Part shown: positions 13,026-25,812 of the stretch, piece after piece | How positions within the stretch are numbered: position 1 is the stretch's first letter | Layout of the letters: each line of letters begins with the position of its first letter | DNA from: Podarcis vaucheri | Lineage: Eukaryota | Assembly (NCBI GenBank): GCA_965113315.1 | Contig: OZ220382.1 | Length of the DNA: 64,000 nucleotides | Strand: one strand, 5' to 3' | Translations under genes and position numbers: made by a program | Notes under the pieces: model-generated | The model's input: the letters and a program-made list of their open reading frames with translations, nothing else | What the model was told of the DNA's origin: nothing | Database searches by the model: none

Positions 13026-14109
13026 TAGTTATTGAATCCTAAACCTTCACCATCAGATGCAATTTCAGTTACAAGGATTCAGGACTTGCAACAAAGATGT
13101 CAGCTATGGAAATGGGGGGGGGGTGACCTTGGGAGCATGCAATATATAATTTGGGGTTCAATTGTTTCTTTCTTAGAAATTCAGAGGAAATTGCAAAATA
13201 GAATTCTGCCATTTTATGAACAGATCATGTGTGCAGGAATATCAGACTCAGTGGAAGGCAAGGCTGGCCCAAAACATTTTGGCACCTGATGCAAACCCCC
13301 CACCAGGGAAGAAGGGGTGAGTGAGAATCTGCATCAGGAACAAGGCGATCAACCTTATCTGGCGGTTGAGATGGGAATCACAGGCTGTTGTAGAGCAGAG
13401 AGGGGCCTGCTCAGAATCACGCTTGGCAGGTGCAAATTCCAGGAGACCCCAGAGGGCAGCTCCCACCATTTCTTCCCTAGGGGTGGGAGGAGACCAACAG
13501 CGCCTCCTATTCACTGGGCTGCTGCAGAGGCAGCATTGAAGACGGGTGCGCTGCTAAGGAAGTGGCAGATCCGGCCTGCAAGGAGTGTGTGGTAGCAGGT
13601 GATGTGTTCCTTGAAGGCCGGATCTGCTGCACCTATGGGTCCTGACACCCAAGGGTGTTGCCTCACCTTGCCTCGTGGGTGAGCTGGCCCTGGTGAGCTG
13701 GCCCTTTGTACAAGAACAAACTGAATTTGAGAAACTAATAATGAAATATAAAAGGCATATAAAAGCAAAAACCAATCAGTTAAATTTGATACAGAGTAAA
13801 GAGCAGGTAAAGGAACATATGGTTTGTTGGACGTTTGAGCACATGGGTTTTAAAACAGCCGGCTCTACATCTCTTCTTGTTAGACCAATGTGTCTTAGGT
13901 TGCACTCTACTTTACAGCTTCCTGCTGCTCCTCACACTTCTTTCTTGAACTTCAAGATAAGAGGTCAGGCTGGAACTACAAAGACATGGCAGCCATGTCT
14001 TCCTGTAGTCTAGTTGGTTAGGGAAGGGGAGGGAATTAGAAGTAAAAAAATATTGAAATTTTAGGATATGAAATTCCCCATCATCCTGTTCTGCTTTTAT
14101 TAAATTATG

Positions 14110-14608
14110 TAAGAGTCAGGAAGGCCACAACAGAAGGAATTTGTTTTGTATATGTTAACAGCATATACAGTAATTTATGCAAAGAAGTGAAGACAATCAT
14201 CTATACACCCAGTAATTGATTGGCATGAAAAAGTCTGGGAATATGCTCTTATGGCAAAATTGGCTTGTTATTTAAGGAGTAAGCAAGCACAAATACAATA
14301 TTTATTTATGAAGAAACAAATAAGCTTCATTCAGTATTGCCAATCTAGAGGATGCATCCCTAATACATTATTTTGTAAGTCTCTTTGGGTTACCACTTAT
14401 AAAGAAAACAACTAATAAGAGCAATAAATTAATAAATAATAAGTAATGTATGTTATAGTTTTTCAATCTCCTGTTCAATGTTATGGTTGAGTTTGAATTA
14501 ATAATTTGGAGAGTGAGTAAAGGATTGTTTTTCTGATAAGGCTGAGGATAAGAATACTGTTAAATTTTCCAAATAAGGCATAATGGTACAGGGTAAAAAT
14601 AAAAAAAA
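14110..14608 (+). mobile_element. Old L1 3' fragment
   Basis: Decayed DWHEKVWEYALMAKL resembles the end of the L1 ORF2 at about 7070-7110. AT-rich 3'UTR and an AATAAAAAAAA tail. Confidence 0.55.
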
Positions 14609-14766
14609 GTTGTATACAGTGTTAATATATTTAGGTTTTCCCCATAATTTTCTCAACAGCCTCCCACCCGCTAGGCTTGTCTTAAAGGGTTTCCCTCAAT
14701 TAGCTTCATGGCTAAGCAGAGGTTTGAGCCTGGGTCTCTACTCACCACACCACACGGCTGTTAGTG

Positions 14767-14899
14767 TAAGGTTACCAGACCTCCCCGTTGCCTGGGGACA
14801 GTCCCCGGATTTACAAATCAGTCCCCATACAAAATCCTATCATTCCTATTGAGGTTGAAAAGTGTCCCCGGATTCATTGAAAAAAATCTGGTAACCTTA
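14767..14899. mobile_element. hAT MITE
   Basis: Perfect 13-bp TIR TAAGGTTACCAGA/TCTGGTAACCTTA; 8-bp flanks TGTTAGTG and TCTTAGTG. Confidence 0.8.
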
Positions 14900-17800
14900 T
14901 CTTAGTGGCCTTTGTAGTGGGTGAGGCAGGGAGCAGGGAATAAGTGTGGAGTTTGTGGCGTAATCTCTACTTCCAGCCGCTAAGCACGAGCAGATCTAAA
15001 TGGCTCCTGGTGGCACTAGCCCAAAATACTGGAATGCGGTGGCTCTGCTGATGCATATGATAAGCACACGCTTTCCAAAAACACAGGAACCTAGACAGAT
15101 CAACCCAGGCGGGAACGCCTAGGAATTCCTTTTTTTTTTTTTAATCTCCGCTTTGAACTCTCCTTTGTTACACTTTATTACTATAAACTTACAACAGTAT
15201 CAGCCCCGATTAAATGGCCCATTGTATATGTCCCGCTTTGCAAAGCAATTGTCTGCCGAGTGTCCAGGAGGGCCCCCAGGCTCTTTTTGCTTTGAGGACA
15301 TGGGTGTGAAGATGGGATGCAGCTCAGGAGTCCATCCCTTCCTTTAAGGGCACCAACACAATTGAAAGAGCCAGGGCTTGCCTGACATCAGAGGAACTCC
15401 AGTAGCCCCAAGAGAAGTCGTTCAAGGCTCAAGGCCACAGAGGTGACAAAATAGGCGGGTAAATAGCCAGGCCGTGTGCAAAAGAAGCCAGGGAAGTGGT
15501 CGGGAGCGAGAGGGAACAGATCCAGGACTGCTTCTTTACAGGAAAGGCAGGAAAACCCCGTCAGGCTGCTGGCCAGGTCCTGGAAGCATCAAAAGCAGAT
15601 GGCAGGAAACATTCAGAAACCTTTGGCAAAACCCTGGTGGGCTTGCTTAAGTTATGCCGTTTTCCTAAAGAGCTGGGCTCGAGATCAGCTTTTTCTTAGC
15701 CTCATGCTTTCTTCCTCTTTCCTCTGCCAACTTGAGATCACAAACGTCGGGATAGGAGACCCTGCAAAGGTGAGAAGTGAGATTCTAAAGAGGGGGAAAC
15801 AAGTCTTCAGTGCTGCTCAGTACCATCATATATAGGTAGATAGATGGGTTTCATTATTTGCTATATTTTCGTTCTGCTTTTCAATCCATTATTGTCTCCC
15901 CAAAGCAGGTCACATCACTAAAACAAAGGCAGGGAGAAGGAAAAGACAGGCCCTGCCGTAAGGCTTACAAACCAGAAAAACAAGGAAAGGCAACTGGAGA
16001 GGAGCAGGAAGCAGTTTCCCTATAGCTGCTGCTTTGGCTGATTGGCAAGGCCAGGCTTTGCTCCACTCCTTGATGTTTTTCCTGGGAGGCAGCACGTGCA
16101 GCCTCCCAGTGGCCTTAGGTCCCTTTCCGAATGGCAGAAGAAAGAGTATGATAGATACTTTGAGGTCACAGAATGTTCACAAATGTTCTAACAGCTGGGG
16201 AAGAACGTTCAATATTTTGACTGCTGACCAAGCAATGTAGCTCAGCTCCTACGAGAGCCAGAGGAGTTTTGTTAGGTCAGGATGAAAAACAAAGTTGCAG
16301 AGGAATTCAGGAGAGAAGGATCTGGGTATTGGTATCAGGAAGGAGGGCAGAGTCAGAAAATTGAGAGGTTGTTTGCTTGTTGGTAACAGGATGCAGCTAA
16401 GTGGCAATGCAGAACATGCAGGGATAGTGGCTGAGGAAGCCTTGTGCCTGTGAACGTGATAGGTGGAAGAATCAGAGGCTGAGGTAAAGAGGCTTTTTGG
16501 AGTGAAGAGTGTATGAGAATCTCAGAGCCTACATACCTGAAAGGCTGAAAGGAGTATGAGAAGCTGCCTCATACATGGTCAGACCACCAGTCCATCTATT
16601 GCTAACTGACTAGAAGCTGATTTCCAAGGTGTCCAGGAGGTCACATTCCCAGCCCTACCTGAAGAGTAGCTGGGGGGCTGAACCAGCTACTCTTCTACTC
16701 TGGGACCTTCTCCAGGCAACGCTCTTCAGCTTAAATATGACTCTTCTTGCAAAAAGAGCACCTGCTGTTGCAATGGCTCCAACCAAGGTCATGTGTGAAT
16801 GTCCTTCCATCATGCTACTTTCTCTCACCCTCCCATGTTGGTCCAGTTTGCATGTAACCGCAAACTGTACACTCCAGGCCTTTCATTTCAGTCCCATGCA
16901 TAGGCGGCACGAAGGCTGAGCCCCTGTTCCTGCCTTGCCTGCACTGGCACATGCCTCCCCTCCCTCCAGCGGCTCCTGAGAGCACACCTGTGCCTTTAGA
17001 AAGCAGAGCGTGCGAAGTGGCCCTTGAAACACAGGACAATTTAGTCATTTATATGCCAGTTGCCTTTTTTCTTCATTGCTGTTCCAAATTCAGAGGAGGT
17101 CCGACTCCTACAAATGTGAACTCCTTTGACAGCTCTCCAGGAATGAAAAAAAGGAATGCATTAAAAAACAAAAAAATAAATATGGTTATTTAGACACTTT
17201 GCAAATGAAATACACTGGGTTTTTGATCAATCACCTCAAGTTCTTCACTGCTTATTTTTATTTGATTTTTTTAAAAAAAAATATGCTATACTATAACTCT
17301 TACTTGCTTTTGTATATATAATCATTGTGAATTACAAGCCGTGTGAAAGATTTTAGCTCTGGGGCATTTGCCAGATGGTTGATTTTGCTTTTTTTTTCAC
17401 ATGACAAAAGACATAATGTTTGTGGCAGGCCCTGAGAAATTGTTGGTAATCAGTGTATTCTTCAAAGGAACGGGCGCCAGACCTGTTTGCAAGAATGTTC
17501 AGCTTTTGCAGAAATTAATTGTGAGCACTTTTAGTCTCTGCTCCTGAGCATGGAACAAAACCAAATTGTGCCAATTGTTTTGCTGGTTTTCCATCACATA
17601 GCTACGTGAGCAGAGGAGAGGTAGATGGGACGTGGGTTGTTCTTGTTTTTAACATGCTATAGTTTGCTGCCCGTTTATTGATCATTTTTCTGCTTGGGCT
17701 GGGAATGCCAGAAATATTGCCATACAGTTCAATGCATAAACCTAATGCTTGGAAGCGCCGCTTGATGGTTTTGAGATGTGGGCAGCCGCTTTATTGCCCA

Positions 17801-20800
17801 TTGCTGTGACTGGCAGTGGCTCTCTAGAGCCTCAGGCAGATAAAGGTCTCCCATTTCTTTCTGCTGATCCTGTATTTATTTATTAGTAGATTTATATCCC
17901 ACCCTTTCTCCAAAGACTTCAAGGTTGCATAAACACCACACTCTTCTAAATACCCTCCCTATTTTATCCCTGCAATAACCCTATGAGGTAGCTTAGGCTG
18001 AGAGAGAGTGCCTGGCCAAGTGGGGATTTGAACCCTGGTCTTCCAAGCCCTAGTCTAGCATTCTAACCACTGTGCTACATTGGCTTTCATTGGAGGAGCT
18101 GGAGATTGAACCTGGGACTACAGGTTTTGGACTACAGCTCCCAGCAGGCCGGGCATCTTGGACCTCAAGTTGAAAGTCCAAAGCAGCTGAGGGGCACCAG
18201 TTTGGTGAAAGCTGCTGTTGACCACCCTTCATCCTGGGCCATACTGCCCAGTCACAACATGAGAGATTAATGGCTGACCTTATAGCAATGACAAGAGCTT
18301 CAGACCTTCCACACAGAACTCCCTGCTCCAACTGCCAGCACTTCTCCAAGGCTCAGCAGGGGTAACTCAAAACCCTTTAACCAGAAATGGAACCTTTTTG
18401 TAATTTTTCCTAAATGCAGAGCATTTTATATAAGAAACAAAGCAATATTTAAGATCACAGCCCATCTAAGCATGCTGAAGAATCATCTCCTGAGTTTTTA
18501 AAAATGACCATGGAGTTGTACCATATAAATATATGAATGCAAAAAATCTGTCTACTCCTAGGATTTAAAGAAAGTTTCATTAGTAGGAAGAACTCCCTTT
18601 ACTTTGTCGTGGCTCATTGTCAGAGCTCACTGCTGAAGTTCTCTCTAAGCTCCCCCCTTCCTGAACTGGGCGAACAGAAACCCAGCATTTGATCTCCTAT
18701 TGTCTTTTCGTGTTGCTGTCTTCAGCAGTCATTTGACAACCCTCCAAGGAGCAAGATGGGTTTCTGTGGTGTCAGCTGCAGAGAGGAGGAGGCACTTCAG
18801 CTGGAACCTCCAGCAGTTGACAGAGGCAACCCTTTCCAGGCTGTTCTCTCTTCTCTCTCCTCCCCGCTCAAGCAGGGTGGCAACCCTATTCCAAGGGCCA
18901 TTTACCCATAGGGCTGAGGCACCTTAGCAGAAACAGCACCCCAGAGCTCTGGAATGCAGCTGTGGAGGATGGTGCTCTCTTGCCTTAAAATACGTCTTTG
19001 GGAGCTGTCTCTTGGCAACAGCCAACAAGGGAAGGCTAGTCTCCATTGTGGGCTGAGCACCACTCCATTGCCCCAGAGGACCTTAGTGCTGCTAGTAGGC
19101 ACAGACTGAAGGACAAGCTCAATGATGAGGGCAGGAAATGCCACCTGAATAATCCTGGCACCAGCATATCAGTTCCTGATATCAGACTGATATCAGACAG
19201 TGATTTTTATTGTTAGAACCTTCTGTGAGGCAGTTTGAGAGATTCCTGGGGATAGATACTAAATATTCTAAATTCCTGGGGATAGACTCTAAATAAATAA
19301 CAGCACCTGTAACTTTCTCTCCTGGCCATCTTTTCTACTCATCTCCTATGGCAATGTTGCTGAACTGACTCCCAACACATGTGGCCACTGAATATGCATT
19401 CTGGGGCTGATGGAAATTGTAATTCAGCAACATCTTCCTGGCAATACATATATTTGAGCCATTTTCAAAGCAGGTCTCCCTGGGGAGATGTGGAGGGGAG
19501 GAATTTAAGCATCTCCCCACCACACCTCCAGTGTGCATCATGGAGGTGATAGCCACCCACCATTTCCCAAAATAATCCATAGAGATCTCTTCGAAGCAGG
19601 CACCTTCTAGGTTAGGGGTTCCACAGAGGATGCCTTGTCTGAGAGCCCCCAAAATTCTGGTGCTGGTTTTATGTTTTAAATCACAAGAGTGAGGACCTGT
19701 GGACTCCCAACCTGTTGTTGGACTCACATCCACCCCAGTCAAGATGGCCAGTGCTCAGAATTCCACCCATTCTCTAGAACACCCATGTGCTGTTCATGAA
19801 GCAGAAACAGTGGCAAGCTTTATACACCTCCTGAAGACATCTGTTTAAATAAGCATTCCTGGGCCTATAAAATTCATCACATTGTTCTGTTCTATTATTT
19901 ATCAGTATTTAACTCAATGTTTTATTGATAGCTTCTCTGGTTTAATGATGTATTCCTTTGTATCTTTGGTTTTAAATGTTGTATATACATTCTTCTTTTA
20001 ATTATCTTTCTGCGTTTCATGTAAACTGCTTAGGGAGTTTGCATATTAAGTGGTTTGTAAATGATGATGATAATGTTGATGAAGATACTGGGTAACAGGG
20101 CTGGGAACAACCTCAGCCTGATGCCGTGGGGAGCGGCTGCCAATCACAGTTGACCAAGAGCCTGCCCTGGGCAAGATGGCAAGATCTGAATTCTCCCGGT
20201 TTCCGGACCTTAAAACAATTGCTGCTATGAAACCTGCAAAGGTTTAAGTTCCAATCCTCAGCTTGCCAAGAATAACAGGGAGTGTTTGGGTTTTAGCTCT
20301 CCCAGTGCAGACGCTGAGAAGATTGTGATGCATGCTGCTTTACAGCTTGTGGGCAACTGTGTCGTGTAACATTAACAAGTGTAAAAAATGTCATCCAGGC
20401 TGGGAATTTCCTTTTAATGGGCAATTTGGAATTGTATGAGTTAAATGGAAATGAGAGAGTAAAGCATTATGGGGTGAAGGTTAATTGAGTATTTTAAAGT
20501 TTCCGCTTGTCAGCCAAGTTGCAGTGGAGTACAGTGGGGGGGGGGGTTCCATGAGTAGGCAAGGCCCTGGGCTGGAGAAGTGTCTTCATGCTTCTCCAGT
20601 GTGAAGAGGTTTCACAGGACATTTCCCAAAATCACTGTTTAAAAATGCACTATTTTGCATTTTGCTTTTAAATGCTTTCTGGGACAGGGAAGTTCATGGA
20701 TTTTTACAGGTTCGTACAGATCGCATTTACCCCATTTCTCTTATAAAAGCAAGCCACAGATGGGGCCCCACCATTTCTTAATAGTGCAAGGACCTATTTG

Positions 20801-21194
20801 GGCAGCTTAGGGAAGAGGTAGACTTCTTAATTAACAAAAAACCCGAGTAGTGTTAAGGGGGAGGGGGCATGATTGAGGTTTGTAAATTAATACGTGGAGC
20901 AGAGAAATGTATCTTCTCCATCCTTCCCCCTATAACAGTATAGCTTAGGAAGTCACTCAGTTGACTTGATTGCCACTCAGTTCAGGAGAGACAGCCACGA
21001 CAAAAGAACTTCTTCATACAGTGCATCATTAACTTACAAACTTTACATTCACAAGGTGTGGTAATGACCCCAAGCTTAAATGGTTTTGAAAGGGAATTTG
21101 ACAGACTCATGGAGGTCCGACCACAGAATTTGGAAATGATGGCTAGATAAAACCTCCAGATTCAGAGGCAGTGTACCACTCCAAATCAGCTCAT

Positions 21195-22200
21195 AGACTC
21201 ATAGAACTGGGAGGGAACCTGAGGGTTATCTAGTCCAATCCCCTGCAATGCAGAATCTCAACTAAAGCACCCATGACAGATCGCATCCAACCTCTGCTTA
21301 AAAACCCCCAAGGAAAAGAGAGTCCACCTCTCCTGAGGGAGTCTGCTCCACTGTTGAACAGCTCTTAAACTGTCAAAAGGTCTTCCTGCTGTTTAGTCAG
21401 AATCTCCTTTCTTGTAACTTGAATCCATTTGTTTGGGTGCCACGCTCCGGAGTAAGAGAAAATGAACTTGCTCCATCTTATGTGACAGCTCTTTAGGTAG
21501 TTGAAGATGGCCACCTCCCCTCAGTCTGCTCTTATCCAGGCTAAACATACCCAACTCCCTCCACCATTCCTCATAAGGCCTGATTTCCTTGATCAACTTG
21601 GTCACCTGCCTCTTCACGTGTTCCAGTTTGTCAATATCCTCCTTACATTGTGGTGCCCAGAACTGGACACATGACTGCAGGAGTGGTCTGACTCTGACCA
21701 AGGCAGAATAGAGCAGTGCTATTACTTCCCTTGATATGGACAATATACAGTACTTCTGTTGATGTGGTCTAGAATAGCGTTAGCATTTTTTCCCCTTCCT
21801 TTTCCCCCCCTGCTGCATCACGTTGTGATCCTTTTCACATGTTCCAATGGCAAGCCAGCATTTGCCATCTTATATTTGTACAGCTGGTTCTAGATGCCCA
21901 AGTGCAGAACGTGGCAGTTGTCCCCGTTGAAATTCATTTTGTTAGCTTGTGCCCAGTTCTCCAGTCTGTTAAGGTCATCTTGAATCCTAATTCTGTCTTC
22001 TGCGGCATTAGCTATCTCTGCCAGTACGATGTCACCTGCAAGTTGGATGAGCATCCCCTCAGTTCCTTCATCCAAGTCGTTTATAAAGACACTGAGCAAC
22101 AGCAGGCCCAGGACAGAACCCTGCAGCACCCCACTTGTCACTTTCTCCCAGGATGACTAGAAACCATTAGTGAGCGCTATTTAGAGTCAGTCAGTCAATC
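21195..22200 (-). mobile_element. Degraded CR1 LINE 3' fragment
   Basis: ORFs 21890-22141 and 21393-21743 align by eye to the CR1 RT at 47096-48760 (SGVxQGSVLG, [13 protein letters not shown]). Confidence 0.9.
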
Positions 22201-22690
22201 ATACAATCGTGTCATACAATCATATCATATATATTATTCAATCATATACCCTACAACCATAGCATATATAATAATATCACATCACAGATCTTATCCTATA
22301 ATACAGTCCTATATCATTCTGTAAGGTAAAGGTCCAGTCGCGGATGACTCTGGGGTTGCGCGCTCATCTCGCTCTATAGGCCAAGGGAGCCGGCGTTTGT
22401 CTGCAGACAGCTTCCAGGTCATGTGGCACGCATGACTAAGCCGCTTCTGGCGAACCAGAGCAGTGCACGGAATTTACCTTCCTGCCGTAGCAGTACCTAT
22501 TTATCTACTTGCACTTTGACGTGCTTTCAAACTACTAGGTTGGCAGGATATCATACTGTACTGCCATATAACAGAATATCATACAATCATATCAAATCAT
22601 ACATTCATATCACACAGTCACATAATCATATCATACAAGCAATCATATATAATCATACCATAGCATATCATATGATCATGCAATCATACA
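22200..22690. repeat. Degenerate (ATCAT/CATAT)n low-complexity tract split by a Sauria SINE
   Basis: ATCATA-like units on both sides of the SINE at 22322-22547. Confidence 0.7.
22322..22547 (-). mobile_element. Sauria SINE, partial
   Basis: Reverse complement of the SINE body seen at 12150 and 24618. Confidence 0.85.
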
Positions 22691-24354
22691 TTTTCAATCC
22701 TAGCTTGTGAACTTCCTGGAGGATCTGGGTGGTGACTGTGGAAGGCAAGATGCTGGACTAGGTGAACATTTGGTCCTGCCTAGGAGAGCTGTTCTTATGC
22801 ACGTGAGAATTGATTCAGAGCAAATGCTCCGCTGCAAAGATCGCCCTAGCATGGGGCCTTCTTTTTATCCCCAAGGTTAGCCTGAGCTCTTCTGGGGGCC
22901 AGGTGTCCAGCCCAAGGGTGGAAAAGTACTGCAGGCAGCAAGTGACCAAGGTAAAAATTGAGTGTTGGGTTGGCAAGGAAGTCGGGGACGGGCGCCATGG
23001 TTGGTGGTGTAGGAGAGAGAATATAAGGACATATGAACCCCTACCTTATTTCAAGTCAGGCCATTGACCCATCTGGCTCAGTACTGTCAATGCTGAGTGG
23101 CGGCAGCTCTCCAGGGTATTAGGCAGGGGACATTTCTGCCCCTCTTGCAAAATTGTGCTTTGACCATGGCTTGATTTTGGGAAACAAAACTGACCCAGAG
23201 AGAAGCTGGTGCTTGGATGCACCTTCCAGGGATTCTGGGCAGATCTTCACCTGGCCTGCTGACACCTGTCATACTTCCTGAGCTAGTGTAGAATGCCTTG
23301 GAACATCCACCATTGCTTTATCTTTTTATTGCTAAGTGTTCCTGGGTGGCCCATTTCTCCTTTCTACAGAGAGCAACTTTCTTTTGTTGCTTCACGCGCT
23401 GAAGTCCTTCCCTGCCCCCCACCCATCCCCGTCTAAGTGATTTCTACTTCACCATGAACTGGGGCCACCAAAAAGGGGACAATGGAGAAAGAAAGAACTT
23501 TTAAAATATGAAACGAGCAAGCGTGGATTTGATTCTCACCCACAATGTGGAGAGCTGCCTAATTGCGCCGGGGTGATAATTTCCAGTTGATTAAAGAGTA
23601 TTTGTATTCTTTCTCTCCCCACCCCGACTCCCTACCACCACATTTAAAAAAACCAAAAAAAGACAACCCAGAGGAAATCACATATGAAGGTGAAGATGTG
23701 CTTTGGTGTTCGCATTAATATAACCCAGCCTTTGCAAAAAGGGGGAAAAAAAGTAATTACAACTTGCTGTCTGGGGAGCACTAATCAAACTCCAGGCTTT
23801 AATTCTGCTTTAAATATGGATGAAACACAACTCTCCATGCTCACCCTGGTGTTGTGGGGTTATGGAAGCCGCCGGGGATGGCACGAGGGGATCTGCGTGG
23901 TTAACAAGCAGCTGCTGCCAAGCCAGATCGGCATCTGTGATTTAAATTGTTAGCTGCACAGTCAGGTAAAGTGTAAAAAGGGTGGTCGAGAGGCTGTTAA
24001 GTCCCTGGCCGCCAATTACGAACAATCAAGGAGGAGCCTGAACATTCGCTTAGTACAATAAACCCAGTTTGTCTTGTTTCAGGGGTGACTGCTGAAGAGG
24101 CTGCAGCTGCACTGATTCAAATACCCAGCAACTACAGTGATTATCAGGCAGCCTCCTCCTTTTAGGGTGGCAGAAGTAGTATGCTCAGCCCATCTCTTTT
24201 AACTCTTTAGTTTCCAACAGGTTTGAGCCTCTTCACAAGCTGCCAGGGCCCTGCAGACCTGTGGTGTCATGGCCCCAAGTCATTCAGCACAGATTTGGTC
24301 ATGGATTCTCTTCCAAATACATGGGCGTTGGAACTTAAAAGTGTATGTGATAAT

Positions 24355-24552
24355 AACTTTCTGACAGTAAGAGCTGTTTGACAGTGGAACAGACTCCCCT
24401 GGAAGGTGTTGGACTCTCCTTCCTTGGAGGTTTTTAAGCAGAGGTTGGCTGGCCATCTGTCATGGATGGTTTAGTTGAGATTCCTGCCTTTCAAGGGGGT
24501 TGGACTAGATGATCCTCAGGGTCTCTTCCAACTCTACAATTCTGTGATTCTA
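24355..24552 (+). mobile_element. CR1 3' end
   Basis: Matches 48645-48850 (CTGACAGTAAGAGCTGTT...CCAACTCTACAATTCTGTGATTCT). A similar piece lies at about 51545-51690. Confidence 0.8.
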
Positions 24553-24617
24553 AGAAGAGACCCCCAAAGGCCCATTTGGTCCAGCATTCTGTTTTACACA
24601 GTGGCTAGTCAGGTGCC

Positions 24618-24951
24618 CAGGACACGGGTGGCACTGTGGGTTAAACCACAGAGCCTAGGGCTTGCCAATCAGAAGGTCGGCGGTTCGAATCCCCGTGACG
24701 GGGTGAGCTCCTGCCAACCTAGCAGTTTGAAAGCATGTCAAAGTACGAGTAGATAAATAGGTACCACTCCAGCGGGAAGGTAAACGGTGTTTCCGTGCAC
24801 TGCTCTGGTTCGCCAGAAGCGGCTTAGTCATGCTGGCCACATGACCCGGAAGCTGTACGTTGGCTCCCTGGGCCAATAAAGCGAGATGAGCGCTGCAACC
24901 CCAGAGTCGGTCATGACTGGACCTAATGGTCAGGGGTCCCGTTACCTTTAC
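24618..24951 (+). mobile_element. Sauria SINE, near full length
   Basis: tRNA-like head with GGTTCGAATCC B-box, ACCTTT tail, and 13-bp TSD CTAGTCAGGTGCC. Confidence 0.92.
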
Positions 24952-25690
24952 CTAGTCAGGTGCCTGCAGGAGCACAAAGGCGCAAGCCCTACCTTGTTGA
25001 CTTCCTCAGCTGGTATTCTAACTGGTACTGGACATGGACATTTTTTATAGATCCTCACCACAACTCTTGGATTGAGAGAGGCCAGACTTATCCTACCACA
25101 AGAACAGAGGAGCTTGGAAAATGCCTTGTGTTCCATTATTTTGGCCAGTCAAGAACCATTCCCATTCGTGGTGACTGAAACAGCTCCCCAGGCTTTAAAT
25201 GTGACGCATCTTTGCCTTCCAGGATCTACCAAATCTGAAGCATGTCTCTGGTTTGCGATACCCCACATCTTACAAATAAACACCAGTGCACACAAGCTGT
25301 CTGGAAAGCAGTTGAAAGACAAGCTTAACCTCAGCTGTGATTTGCAGCCCTTGGGTGATCGAGTAATCCAGTGTTTCTCAACCTTGGTTCCCCAGCTGTT
25401 GCTGGACTGCAGCTCCTATCATCCCTGACCACGAGTCCTGCTAGCTAGGTCTTGAACAGAGACTTTTCCCACTCAATATCTTCTAACTGGGAGCATCAGG
25501 CCTTATGCCAGCAAATAATGCCTTCAAGCATGGAGGCCAGAGCAGGTACCTTACTTGAAAAGAAAGCAATGCTATGTTTCACCCAACTTAATAATTGAGC
25601 CTTTTTGGAGGAAGCTGTATTATACTGAGTCCAACCATTCATTCATCTTAGCTCTGTATTGTCCACAATGACTGGTATATTGTCCACAAT

Positions 25691-25812
25691 GACTCTTAAT
25701 CTCAGGATCGTGGATTCGAGCCCCATGTTGGGCTAAAAGTTGCCTGCATTGCAGGAATTGGACTAGATAGCCCTTGTGGTTCCTTCCAACTCCATAATTC
25801 TGTGGTTCTATG
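25691..25812 (+). mobile_element. tRNA-Lys(CTT)-derived SINE with CR1-type tail, 5'-truncated
   Basis: GACTCTTAATCTCAGGATCGTGGATTCGAGCCCCATGTTGGGC corresponds to the 3' two-thirds of tRNA-Lys-CTT and is followed by a CR1 3' end. Confidence 0.75.

Noticed and set aside
25691-25735. Possible tRNA-Lys gene (also near 50815-50880 and 55126-55455)
   Set aside because: Truncated or mutated, and two of the three are joined to CR1-type tails, so these are SINE heads rather than functional tRNAs.
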